DNA of 64,000 nucleotides from a virus (IMGVR_UViG_3300010266_000007:2012-66011); one strand, 5' to 3'. Shown: positions 7,849 to 16,893, counted from the stretch's first letter. Program-made: numbers and translations. Notes: generated by a model not told the origin, from the sequence alone.

Positions 7849-9187
7849 TAAGCTCCACCGCCTTTCGCAGCAAAACATCGTGTTCGTTGGGGAGCGTATC
7901 GAGAATAACCTCATCCAAAAGCTCGTGGAGGATGGCTCCGACTTGTCTTCCCTGCGGCACACCGAGAGAAATGATATCCTTGCCGTTGATTGCCAGGTCT
8001 TTTAAGGAAAAGCATTTTTCCTGTTCAAGTATCTCTGCCATCAGCACGCCGAGCGCCACGCACCGCTCGATTCTGGACTCCTGTGTGCCCTCTGCATGAG
8101 CTTTGATATCCGCCATCCTGACATCCAATAGTTGAGAAAATCTGCGCTCGCCGATTTTGCAAAGCCATCGGCGAACTGTTTTCGTTGTTGGTTCAATGAC
8201 GGTATCATGGTACAAAACAAGGTCAAGCACTTCCTGTTTTGTTGTGGTGTCAAAGCGCAGCCGTTCCAGAACAACTTTGGAAATATCATAACTATAGTTT
8301 CCGTGTCCGTGAAAATGGCCGCCGTTCTCATCCTCGGTATAACAGCAAGGCTTTCCGATGTCGTGCAGCAGCAGTGCTACCTTAACAGCAATGTCCTTGC
8401 CCGTATAGTTGGCAACTGCATGAGCGATGTGGTCATAAATGGTGTACTGGTGGTATTTGTTGTTCTGGTCAAAACCGATACACGGTTTCATCTCTGGAAT
8501 GATAGTCGCAATCACATCGGGATAATCCAGCAGGACGGGGAGGACGCCGTTTCCGAGAAGCAGCTTGCAAAGTTCGCTGTGGATTCTTTCCGCAGCAATA
8601 TTCGTAAGCCGCCATGCGTTATCATGAATGGCCTGAGCCGTGTTCTTCTCAATCGAAAACCCATAGACAGAAGCAAACCGTAATGCACGCAGAATGCGAA
8701 GTGCGTCTTCGCTGAATCGGTCATTCGGATTTCCGACGCAGCGAATAATGCCATTCTTCAAATCGTCTACGCCATGAAAGGGGTCAATAAGACCGGCACC
8801 GTTATACGCCATTGCATTGATGGTAAAATCTCTGCGGGACAAATCCTGATAAATGCTCTCTGTGAATGTAACAGAATCAGGACGACGATTATCTGAGTAA
8901 TCCCCATCAATGCGGAAGGTCGTAATTTCGTATTTGCCCGCTCGCTCCATATCAGCTGTGATTGTACCGTGCTTTAATCCTGTATCAATCGTCCGGACGC
9001 TACAGCGGTTGAGATACTCCTTAACCTCCTGCGGTGTAGCAGAGGTGCAGATGTCCCAGTCTTTCGGCTCTTTGCCGAGCAAGCTGTCTCGAACGCAGCC
9101 ACCGACAATATATGCCTCATGGTTTTCATAGCGAAGCCCAAGAATAATCGCCTTTGCACCCTTTGGAATGGAAATCTTATGCATCAA
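7835..9187 (-). CDS. cca: CCA tRNA nucleotidyltransferase with HD domain
   Basis: VGGCVRD, DWDICT, DLSRRDFTINAMA, EDALRILRALRF, ERIHSEL, LLHDIGKP. Confidence 0.93.
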   Translation of the reverse strand: MMHKISIPKGAKAIILGLRYENHEAYIVGGCVRDSLLGKEPKDWDICTSATPQEVKEYLNRCSVRTIDTGLKHGTITADMERAGKYEITTFRIDGDYSDNRRPDSVTFTESIYQDLSRRDFTINAMAYNGAGLIDPFHGVDDLKNGIIRCVGNPNDRFSEDALRILRALRFASVYGFSIEKNTAQAIHDNAWRLTNIAAERIHSELCKLLLGNGVLPVLLDYPDVIATIIPEMKPCIGFDQNNKYHQYTIYDHIAHAVANYTGKDIAVKVALLLHDIGKPCCYTEDENGGHFHGHGNYSYDISKVVLERLRFDTTTKQEVLDLVLYHDTVIEPTTKTVRRWLCKIGERRFSQLLDVRMADIKAHAEGTQESRIERCVALGVLMAEILEQEKCFSLKDLAINGKDIISLGVPQGRQVGAILHELLDEVILDTLPNEHDVLLRKAVELIERT

Positions 9188-10199
9188 GAGACCTCCTGTT
9201 CACGCTGACCACGAACTCCTCAACGCGCTTCATATCAGGATGCTCCGGCAGGTTTGTGTTCCGCTTCGCATAATCAAGACGCTTTTCAAAATCTGAGACC
9301 ATCTCGAAAAACTCTGGACGGTAGGTGCCATCCTCCAGTTGATAGTCTCCTCTGCGGATACTCATAAGGAGAGGCAGGTCGGCGCCACGATAGGTGATGA
9401 TGTCACCTTTCTCAAGAATATCCAGACACATCAGATACAGGCGGATGAGATGCATGGCGTGCTTGTTGAGATGATTGTCATCCTTCTTATGGTTTCTGTG
9501 GTTCAGCTTTTCATAGGTGCCGACAACATTGGTCAAGTCGTTTAGAATGCTGTTGAACTCACGCACCGGATACTTTGTAAGATGAATGTCCGCAAAAATC
9601 TCTCTGTCCAAATCCTCGCGTGAGCTCTCAGCCGTGTAAAGAGTGATGCCGCCATTTTCAAAGACCCTATACCTGCTTTCAAACGCTTTGACAGCACTTT
9701 TCATGGAGTTTAGAATGTGCTCTTCTTTCCGTGCTTGCGGAAGTTTGTCTCTGGCGAGAGCATTCTCCAGCCGCCGCAGCTGCTGGTTGGCGTATCCACC
9801 GAAGGAATTCACCGCTCGCTTGGAGAGAAACAGCTTCCTGTTCTCAATCATTTCTCGCCCGATGTCTGTGCAAACCATGTACTGTTCCGGGCGACAACCC
9901 AGCATTTCAATCGTATTGGGATTGCAATTCAGAAGCAAACTTACAAGCTTATTGAATGAGTAGACTGTGGTATCCGTTTCTGTATGAACGACCTGTTCAA
10001 AATTGGACAACCCCAACAAATCGGAACGGCTGTTCAGGGCACAACCACGGATATCCACATCAGAGGTTTCGACATTTGTGCCGTAGGAATAGCTGCCGCC
10101 CAGCGTGAGAAAGATGATTTTGCTTTTCAGGTGTTCATTACTTCTGAGAAATTCATACGCAGGGCTTTGCAGCATTTCTCTGATTTGTTCTGTGGTCAT
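9177..10199 (-). CDS. Pol-beta superfamily nucleotidyltransferase (RlaP/T4 NrdC.11-like)
   Basis: GGSYSYGTNVETSDVDIRG, NCNPNTIE, KHAMHLIRLY. Confidence 0.85.
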   Translation of the reverse strand: MTTEQIREMLQSPAYEFLRSNEHLKSKIIFLTLGGSYSYGTNVETSDVDIRGCALNSRSDLLGLSNFEQVVHTETDTTVYSFNKLVSLLLNCNPNTIEMLGCRPEQYMVCTDIGREMIENRKLFLSKRAVNSFGGYANQQLRRLENALARDKLPQARKEEHILNSMKSAVKAFESRYRVFENGGITLYTAESSREDLDREIFADIHLTKYPVREFNSILNDLTNVVGTYEKLNHRNHKKDDNHLNKHAMHLIRLYLMCLDILEKGDIITYRGADLPLLMSIRRGDYQLEDGTYRPEFFEMVSDFEKRLDYAKRNTNLPEHPDMKRVEEFVVSVNRRSLDA

Positions 10200-10213
10200 G
10201 TTATCCCTCCTCG

Positions 10214-10468
10214 TTAAACATTCAGGGCAAGAGTATCATACATAGTAAGAATCCCACCGACAACAACAAACTCGTATATGTGGTAAGCCGCTCCGGGTAG
10301 AACCCCATAGTTGTCGCTCTCATCAAAAACATTGAAGACTTGGCAACGCTCGTCATGCGACAGTTCAAGGAACTCTTTGCACTCTTCTTCCGAATCAAAG
10401 GAATACATCGCAGCTTTTGTTGCCGACTCATCAAAGCCAACATAGTCTGATACAAACAGCTTCTTCAT
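10214..10468 (-). CDS. Hypothetical protein
   Basis: 84-aa ORF translationally coupled to iscS. Confidence 0.6.
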   Translation of the reverse strand: MKKLFVSDYVGFDESATKAAMYSFDSEEECKEFLELSHDERCQVFNVFDESDNYGVLPGAAYHIYEFVVVGGILTMYDTLALNV

Positions 10469-11634
10469 TTTGCTACCTCATTTGCCAGTATCTCAATGCA
10501 GGACGCAATAATATTTGCTGCATCTACTGCTTCGTCTGCCGTATTCATTCTGGAGAATGAAATTCGGATAGAGCTTCTTGCTTCGTCTGCTGTCAGACCC
10601 ATCGCTGTCAGCACATGGCTTGGCTCAGCTTCATGGCTACGGCAAGCGGAGCCAGCAGAGATACAGATGTTCTTTCCGTCAAGCATCAAGAGCAGAGTTT
10701 GCCCATCAATGCCGGAAAGGCACAGGTTCAGCGTCTTCCCTGGATTGAGAACGGACGGGCCGTTGGTGCGGACAATATCAGTGCGCCCACTCTTTTTTAA
10801 GGCATCTGTCAATGCCATATAAAAACGCTGTTTAAGCGTAGAAACCCAGATACAATCCTCATGGAGACTCTTGGATGATATTTCACAGGCCTCACCAAAG
10901 CCTACAATACCGGCAACATTTTCTGTTCCGGCACGGAGTCCGAACTCCTGCTCCGCACCGCCAAAGATGATGGGAGTCAACACACTTTTATCCTTGGCAA
11001 ACAGCGTGCCGACGCCTTTTGGCCCGTGGATTTTGTGAGAAGAAAGCGAAAGAAAATCGCACCCAATTTTCTCCACATCGATGGGATGGCAACCGGCGGC
11101 CTGGACGCAATCTGTGTGGAACAGGATGCCACGCTTCATGCAAATCGTGCCGATTTCTTCAATCGGATTGACGGCGCCAGTCTCATTGTTAACATACATA
11201 ACAGATACCAGCCCTGTCTTGGGGGTAATGGCATCTTCTACGCTCTGCACAAACACTTTTCCGTCGCTATGTGCAGGCAGATATTCAATATAAAACTCGT
11301 CTTTTATAAGCGAATGAGCCGCTTTCAGAACGGAATCGTGTTCAATGGCAGAAACCAGAATATGCGTCTTTCCGATACTTTTAAGATATTCCTTTAAGCC
11401 CTGAAACACAAGACTATTTGCTTCGCTGCCGCCAGAAGTGAAGAGAATCTGCTCCGGCTTGGCATTAAGGAACTCAGCTACCTGAGCTCGTGCCTGTTTC
11501 ACGGCTTCGCCTGCACTGCGTCCAAACTTATAGAGTGTACCAGCATTACCGTACTGAGTAGTCAGATACGGCATCATGGCATCCAATACACGCTTGTCTA
11601 TCTGCGTGGTGGCCGCATTGTCCAGATAAATCAT
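10465..11634 (-). CDS. iscS: Cysteine desulfurase (IscS/NifS)
   Basis: MIYLDNAATT, FTSGGSEAN, HTDCVQA, SSHKIHGPKGVG (PLP Lys), SAGSAC (catalytic Cys). Confidence 0.95.
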   Translation of the reverse strand: MIYLDNAATTQIDKRVLDAMMPYLTTQYGNAGTLYKFGRSAGEAVKQARAQVAEFLNAKPEQILFTSGGSEANSLVFQGLKEYLKSIGKTHILVSAIEHDSVLKAAHSLIKDEFYIEYLPAHSDGKVFVQSVEDAITPKTGLVSVMYVNNETGAVNPIEEIGTICMKRGILFHTDCVQAAGCHPIDVEKIGCDFLSLSSHKIHGPKGVGTLFAKDKSVLTPIIFGGAEQEFGLRAGTENVAGIVGFGEACEISSKSLHEDCIWVSTLKQRFYMALTDALKKSGRTDIVRTNGPSVLNPGKTLNLCLSGIDGQTLLLMLDGKNICISAGSACRSHEAEPSHVLTAMGLTADEARSSIRISFSRMNTADEAVDAANIIASCIEILANEVAK

Positions 11635-11695
11635 GTGCGCCACGCTCCTTTCTTTTCTGTGTTGCATTGATACAGCCCATCAAGCAGCTGCAAAA

Positions 11696-12307
11696 CTACT
11701 GTGCGGCAGGCGGTTCCGCCGCTTCATTTTTGTAAACAGCTTCAAGCCGCAGGATTTCATCCAGTGTTCGCGGGGTGTAATCCATCCACGGCATCATCGA
11801 GCCGACATTATACATAAGGCATGGGTGCCCGTATAATTCCTGCATCAGGAAGCGGTCATGCTCCATCATGTTCCACTCAAAAGAGTTATGAACATGACCG
11901 TACAGATGATACCAGTCGTAATAGTGGTTCTTAAAACACGGGATTGGGTAATGACAGAGGACAACCTTACGGTCAGAGTCCTCAACCTCCAGATACTCCG
12001 TGACCTTGACGAACTTCTTGAGAAACCGCCCATCGCTGCAGCGGTCATGGTTGCCCTTAATCAGAAATACCTGCCCGTTCAACTGGTTAAGGACAGAAAT
12101 CGCTTCCTGCATATTGCACCAGAACATATCGCCAAGAACATAGACGGTGTCACCCGGATGAACGGCGGCGTTCCATCGCTCAACAAGTGCAGCGTTCATG
12201 TCCTCAACTGTTTTGAAAGGACGATTATCGAACGCCAGAATGTTATTATGGCCGTAATGCCAATCGGAGATATATAGTTTTCTGTTAGCTGCTTGCTGCT
12301 CGGACAC
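11696..12307 (-). CDS. Calcineurin-like metallophosphoesterase
   Basis: ISDWHYGH, LGD, KGNHD, LCHYP, LYGHVH. Confidence 0.9.
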   Translation of the reverse strand: MSEQQAANRKLYISDWHYGHNNILAFDNRPFKTVEDMNAALVERWNAAVHPGDTVYVLGDMFWCNMQEAISVLNQLNGQVFLIKGNHDRCSDGRFLKKFVKVTEYLEVEDSDRKVVLCHYPIPCFKNHYYDWYHLYGHVHNSFEWNMMEHDRFLMQELYGHPCLMYNVGSMMPWMDYTPRTLDEILRLEAVYKNEAAEPPAAQ

Positions 12308-12536
12308 CGCTTAACACCTCGATTCTATCTGCTGCTTGGAGCAGCACATTTTTAGGAATACGGCAGTCATCACCCATCTGCCCATTAGGTTGGGTGCTGC
12401 CGTACAGCCGAAGCTTTTCTACGAGACCCTTGTCAGGAAACTCATAGCGTTTCAGATACTCCGGTTTGCTGGCTGGGCATTCATAGCATGAACGGTTTTC
12501 ATATACACCACAGCCGCCGCTTTTATAACACTTCAT
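12285..12536 (-). CDS. Hypothetical Cys-rich protein
   Basis: RBS AAGGAGG before MKCYKSGGC. Confidence 0.6.
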   Translation of the reverse strand: MKCYKSGGCGVYENRSCYECPASKPEYLKRYEFPDKGLVEKLRLYGSTQPNGQMGDDCRIPKNVLLQAADRIEVLSGVRAASS

Positions 12537-12546
12537 AAAGTCCTCC

Positions 12547-12849
12547 TTAGAACGGCAGCTGAACACCGGGGTCTGCATCAAAAATCAGTTTCCTGACGGC
12601 GGCGGCAAACTCTTCCTCGTCGATTGCCTGAATATCATCGTAACGCAGGCGTTCAATCAGTTCATGAACCGCTTTTGTAATGGCGGTCTCGACAATGATT
12701 TCCAAACGGTCAATGCGTTCATTGGCGCTTCCCACCATTCCCTGCATGATATTGTGGTATGCTGCAAGCTCTCGTTTGGATTCCCTGTTTTTCTCCATCA
12801 GTTCGTGAAGCATGATTTCCTGCTGCTGGACTTTCTCTTCCATTGTCAT
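12547..12849 (-). CDS. Hypothetical coiled-coil protein
   Basis: 100-aa ORF overlapping the thg1 stop. Confidence 0.6.
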   Translation of the reverse strand: MTMEEKVQQQEIMLHELMEKNRESKRELAAYHNIMQGMVGSANERIDRLEIIVETAITKAVHELIERLRYDDIQAIDEEEFAAAVRKLIFDADPGVQLPF

Positions 12850-13640
12850 AGCCGTCGCTCCACATACTCTCTGTCTTGTGTAAAGACAGGCGGTTCACGG
12901 TCAACGACCCAACGGCTTCTGGAAACCTCCACAGTCGCATCCCCGTTTAATACAGAGACGGCCTCTGTTATCCTTGTTTTGATGCAACAGGAGCCACGCT
13001 TGCAATCCGTGGGGAAATCATTCCAGTTGATATTGCGTTCTTTCCAAAGCATATCTTGGATTTTGTTGCAGTTCTTCCCGTGCAGCTCTCGCTGACTGAA
13101 ATTCGCCTGTCCAACAGCTTCTATGCTGTTCCGTGTGGCATCCTGCTGACGCCAAATCAGACAGTTGCAGACCTCGTCCAGAGGAACGGTGAAAGCTCTG
13201 GCATCGAACATGGCAGTTTGGAACTTGCGGCGATAAACGGAAAGGTCGATGCCGCTGTCTTCTTTTTCCGTCTGCTCGGCAAACGCCTTATTGAACGCCA
13301 GCGTCGCCATTGATGCGGCAATGCTGCACATCTTCTGGACATTATAGCCGAACCATGCATCTGTACGAATAGAGGCGTAATCGGTCAAAACCAATGTGAT
13401 TTCATCAGACTGCGTGTATCCGAAGACGCAGCCCTGAATGTTGGCACACAGGAAACGCATGGTTTCCTGCATGGCAGACATAAGAACACGGTCGAAAGGC
13501 TTTCTCATTCCCTTTGTAAAGGTGTGAAAAGCCTTGCCGTCAATACGGATGATGACAGGAACACGACGGGTCAGGTAATTGCGTGAAACATACTCATACC
13601 GTTTCATCCTGTCGCCCAGCGAATCGCGTTGATTTCCCAT
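12846..13640 (-). CDS. thg1: tRNA(His) guanylyltransferase Thg1 / Thg1-like protein
   Basis: IIRIDGKAFHTFT, YTQSDEITL, FDARAF, WRQQDATRNS. Confidence 0.93.
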   Translation of the reverse strand: MGNQRDSLGDRMKRYEYVSRNYLTRRVPVIIRIDGKAFHTFTKGMRKPFDRVLMSAMQETMRFLCANIQGCVFGYTQSDEITLVLTDYASIRTDAWFGYNVQKMCSIAASMATLAFNKAFAEQTEKEDSGIDLSVYRRKFQTAMFDARAFTVPLDEVCNCLIWRQQDATRNSIEAVGQANFSQRELHGKNCNKIQDMLWKERNINWNDFPTDCKRGSCCIKTRITEAVSVLNGDATVEVSRSRWVVDREPPVFTQDREYVERRL

Positions 13641-13676
13641 AAGCGTACCCTCCTGTAAATGTAGTTTGAAAATTGC

Positions 13677-13734
13677 TTGACATCACGACCATTTGGTCGT
13701 ATGATATAAGAAAAGCACGACCAATCGGTCGTGC
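13677..13734 (+). promoter_or_regulatory. Promoter with two ACGACC-N4-GGTCGT operators
   Basis: TTGACA-17 bp-TATGAT; palindromes at 13685-13700 and 13717-13732. Confidence 0.75.
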
Positions 13735-13745
13735 TGAAAGGAGAT

Positions 13746-14060
13746 ATGATTATGATAGATTTTGATATGAACTTTCAAGACACCTATAAAACTCCCAGTG
13801 AAGACCTGTTGAGCAATGGTGAGCAGTGGTTCTTCCTTGAAACCGAAAAGGATATTTTGAAGAATCGGCGGGAGGAACTCGGGATGACCCAGCAGCAGGT
13901 GGCAGATGCTGCACACATTCAAGTTCGCCAATATCAGAGACTGGAAAACGGAGAGCGCAACATAAGCGGTGCCAGTATGAGGATTGGATTATCTGTGTGT
14001 GCCGTTTTGAAGCTTGACCCCTACCGCTTTATGCCAGAGTTCCGTTGGAACAAAGACTAA
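13746..14060 (+). CDS. XRE-family HTH regulator
   Basis: LKNRREELGMTQQQVADAAHIQVRQYQRLENGER; RBS AAAGGAG. Confidence 0.85.
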   Translation: MIMIDFDMNFQDTYKTPSEDLLSNGEQWFFLETEKDILKNRREELGMTQQQVADAAHIQVRQYQRLENGERNISGASMRIGLSVCAVLKLDPYRFMPEFRWNKD

Positions 14061-14559
14061 GCGTTTCCAAAAGTGCTTTCTGAGGAGCGAACTCCCGATA
14101 AAGTTCAATCTCTTTTGTGAGCCGTGCCATAACGGCATCTTCTTTTGCATCGTACCTGCCGAGGTAAATCTTCTTACTGTTATAGGTAATACTGGCGACC
14201 CATTTTTCTCTTTGCTTATCAAAGAAAACGCCGGAAACGCCAGATGTGTTGGTGATATAGAGGCTGCGGTTCCTGTCGTTCTCTGACCGCTGGCAACAGC
14301 GCAGATTCTCTTTTCGATTATCGGCCTTGTTTTTGTTGATGTGGTCAACAAACTGGCCTGGCTTTGCGTGCATAACCAGCCGGTGAAAGCGGACAAACCG
14401 CCGTACACCGCAGTAAAAGTAGCTGCTGACAAGATAACCGTCTTTGTCGCAGTACCAACTGTCTCGGCCTTTGATAATTGGGAGGTCATCCAGGTCAAAG
14501 AGGAACTCGGCAACGCCTATACGCAGAATTCCGTATGTATTGAGAAGCTCGACTGTCAT
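14029..14559 (-). CDS. HNH endonuclease with C-terminal AP2 domain
   Basis: FHRLVM...VDHINKNKADNRKENLR...N; SGVSGV...KWVASI...YLGRY. Confidence 0.9.
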   Translation of the reverse strand: MTVELLNTYGILRIGVAEFLFDLDDLPIIKGRDSWYCDKDGYLVSSYFYCGVRRFVRFHRLVMHAKPGQFVDHINKNKADNRKENLRCCQRSENDRNRSLYITNTSGVSGVFFDKQREKWVASITYNSKKIYLGRYDAKEDAVMARLTKEIELYREFAPQKALLETLSLCSNGTLA

Positions 14560-14891
14560 GAATACATAAGGTCATGAACGGCCACACCAAAGGTTTCCTC
14601 GAACCAATGCCAGATATCCTCACGGTGTGTGCCTTTTGGGAACCCGCACCAGGCAACTTCGATACATTCGGTTTCTGGATTCATCGGCACATCGCCGAAC
14701 TCCTCCCACAGTTCCGTGTATGTTTTGCCCTGAAAGGTTCTCATGATGGTAACGCCGTCCATACTCTCAACAGCGGAGTCAAAGAAGTTATCGAAGTCTT
14801 CCAGCTCCCCGTTGAGATGCCATCCTGCGATTTTCAGTCCCGTTCCGTACAGGTCGTGCCAATACTCAAAGAATTTTTTGTAATCAGGCAT
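14556..14891 (-). CDS. Hypothetical protein
   Basis: 111 aa, RBS GGAGG. Confidence 0.65.
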   Translation of the reverse strand: MPDYKKFFEYWHDLYGTGLKIAGWHLNGELEDFDNFFDSAVESMDGVTIMRTFQGKTYTELWEEFGDVPMNPETECIEVAWCGFPKGTHREDIWHWFEETFGVAVHDLMYS

Positions 14892-14968
14892 TTGAAATTA
14901 CCTCCGTTTCTATACCGCTTTCCGTATCGGTCGTTTTTCTAAAGTCCCAAACCGATATGCATCAACAT

Positions 14969-15031
14969 TGTTCGCCAATCCGACACTTGCTCGCATTGCT
15001 TGCAATGCGAGCAAGTGTCGGATTGCGAACA
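14969..15031. repeat. 63-bp near-perfect palindrome
   Basis: 14977-14999 and 15002-15024 are exact 23-bp reverse complements around TT, extended by 7 bp past a single bulged C. Confidence 0.95.
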
Positions 15032-15117
15032 TAAGTGGCGAACTCTTACTTTTGCCTTTGGCGAAAAGCTGCTGAAAGTGAATATGTATAACAGCAAATC
15101 TACAAAGCGGTTGGTCG

Positions 15118-15333
15118 TTATGCTTTATCTGCGGGGAATAGTTTGCCATCATGTAGGCAGTCCCTGGCTTTCTGGCTCATTTCGACGAGGCTGTCCACCA
15201 GCTTCTTCAATCCGTCTACGGTACTTTCACCATCGTAGTCGCAGCCGATAGCCCAGATATCAAAAAGCCATTCATCGGCGCAGTCAGGTTCGCACATCTT
15301 ACAGCCAGTTGTTTCGTCTGTCCAAGTTCTCAC
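15118..15333 (-). CDS. Hypothetical protein
   Basis: 71 aa, overlapping start/stop with the upstream gene. Confidence 0.6.
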   Translation of the reverse strand: MRTWTDETTGCKMCEPDCADEWLFDIWAIGCDYDGESTVDGLKKLVDSLVEMSQKARDCLHDGKLFPADKA

Positions 15334-15728
15334 AGCTGTTCCTCCAACTCAAATCCCTTGTGGCAAAATCCAGTTACATCGGAGATATAGTCAGAGATGG
15401 CTTCCTCATCTTCGATGTCATTGGGAATCGTGATTTCGTTTGGCAACTCAACGCCGTCGTCATCCTCCGGGTCAATATCCCACTGAATGTTGACCGCCTT
15501 TCTCTGCGGGCATTCCACTTCGCGCCACTCTCCCTCGCACGCCCAGATTTCCGAACCGAAACCACGGTCAAACTCCCATTCGTTAAATAGCTCTGAGATG
15601 GGGGTGGAGATGCGGTCGCTGTCTTCGGGGTCATCATACTGAAACTCTGTCAACCCACGCATCAAGTCCTGTAAGGAATAACCGTGGTCAATCATCCATT
15701 GAAGTTGGTACTTCTGGTAATCGGTCAT
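15330..15728 (-). CDS. Hypothetical acidic protein
   Basis: 132-aa ORF in operon. Confidence 0.65.
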   Translation of the reverse strand: MTDYQKYQLQWMIDHGYSLQDLMRGLTEFQYDDPEDSDRISTPISELFNEWEFDRGFGSEIWACEGEWREVECPQRKAVNIQWDIDPEDDDGVELPNEITIPNDIEDEEAISDYISDVTGFCHKGFELEEQL

Positions 15729-15738
15729 ATCGAAAATC

Positions 15739-16179
15739 TCACACTCCTCTTAGCGCGTCGAGAACTGCCTGCGGAACAACCCGCTTAATTTCCTCGTGAA
15801 TTGCATTCATCACGACTGCGCCCTTTAAGTACTTCTCAACTTCGGTCTGGGCAAACTGCTTCGTTTTATCTTTACACTCAGCCACCGCCGCCTGTACGGT
15901 TCCCTGAATCAAATCCAGCATCTCCTTGTGCGACATCTGCTCTTTGATGTAAGACTGGACTTCTGCCTTCACCAGTTTGTCGGTCATCGGCTCAGTGTAT
16001 CTGCTCTCGTAAAGACGCCTTGCCCACACTTTGGCGGTATCAGCAACGCATTCCTCGACTTCGTTCTGGAATGCTTCTCGTGCGATTGTCTTTGCGTAAG
16101 CACGCATAGCTTTGATAACCTCCTGTTCAAAGAGGTCTCCGTTTGTAAATTCCAAATCGATTGTTGCTCTGTGCTTCAT
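15739..16179 (-). CDS. Hypothetical protein
   Basis: 146 aa, RBS AAAGGAG. Confidence 0.65.
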   Translation of the reverse strand: MKHRATIDLEFTNGDLFEQEVIKAMRAYAKTIAREAFQNEVEECVADTAKVWARRLYESRYTEPMTDKLVKAEVQSYIKEQMSHKEMLDLIQGTVQAAVAECKDKTKQFAQTEVEKYLKGAVVMNAIHEEIKRVVPQAVLDALRGV

Positions 16180-16200
16180 GAAACCCGCTCCTTTCTTACA

Positions 16201-16479
16201 TCAGCTTAATCCATCAACAAAATCCCATTCGACATTGTATCGGAACTCAGTATTCAGAATTCCGTCCAACAGTTCGTCGATGTACTCCTCATCATCCCGG
16301 TCTGTCGGGATGGGAATAATCATCTCAAACTCCGGAGCAAAGCAGGATGACTTTACCCAAATTGTTCTTTTCCCCATGTCAGGAACCTCCTTATCGCATA
16401 TCGGGCAGTACCCGGCAGTTCCATCAGAAGGGATGTTTATATGGTGCCCACATCTTGGACAATGGACGATGCCGCTCAT
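16201..16479 (-). CDS. Small zinc-ribbon protein with internal in-frame restart at 16377
   Basis: CPRC...CPIC; ATG 16479 overlaps the upstream stop; AAGGAGG precedes ATG 16377. Confidence 0.55.
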   Translation of the reverse strand: MSGIVHCPRCGHHINIPSDGTAGYCPICDKEVPDMGKRTIWVKSSCFAPEFEMIIPIPTDRDDEEYIDELLDGILNTEFRYNVEWDFVDGLS

Positions 16480-16688
16480 ACACATCGACCTTTCATAAAT
16501 CGTTTCCCGCACAGCGGGCAGTTGCGTATCTCAATGATATCTTGAGTCGTGAAACTGCCATCGTCGTCAAGCACTCTCACCCTCAACATTCCCTGCCTGT
16601 TTACAGCCATCTCAATGCCGCTGTATTCAACGGCTTGGTTCATTGGAACAAAATCATTTGTCCCAGACTCACAGTATGGACATCTCAT
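16476..16688 (-). CDS. Small zinc-ribbon protein
   Basis: CPYC...CPLCG. Confidence 0.6.
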   Translation of the reverse strand: MRCPYCESGTNDFVPMNQAVEYSGIEMAVNRQGMLRVRVLDDDGSFTTQDIIEIRNCPLCGKRFMKGRCV

Positions 16689-16692
16689 AGAA

Positions 16693-16893
16693 TTAACCTT
16701 TCATATTAACGCAGTAACACTGACACTTTGTGTTCCAGCAATCTGTACTGCAATGAGGAGTGCCTTTCCGTGAATAGTCCTTTGGCGCAATGATGCTTAG
16801 GATGATTTCCATTTCGTTCGGGCAAGAACCCATGTAGAGCATCTTTTCTTCAACTTCCTTTGCAATTTTTCTGCGATACCACATTAAAAACAT
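16693..16893 (-). CDS. Hypothetical protein
   Basis: 66-aa ORF in operon. Confidence 0.45.
   Translation of the reverse strand: MFLMWYRRKIAKEVEEKMLYMGSCPNEMEIILSIIAPKDYSRKGTPHCSTDCWNTKCQCYCVNMKG

Noticed and set aside
14910-15152. 80-aa minus-strand ORF (and 15000-15251 on the plus strand)
   Set aside because: They overlap neighbouring genes, lack an RBS and run through the long palindrome; the region is better explained as non-coding.
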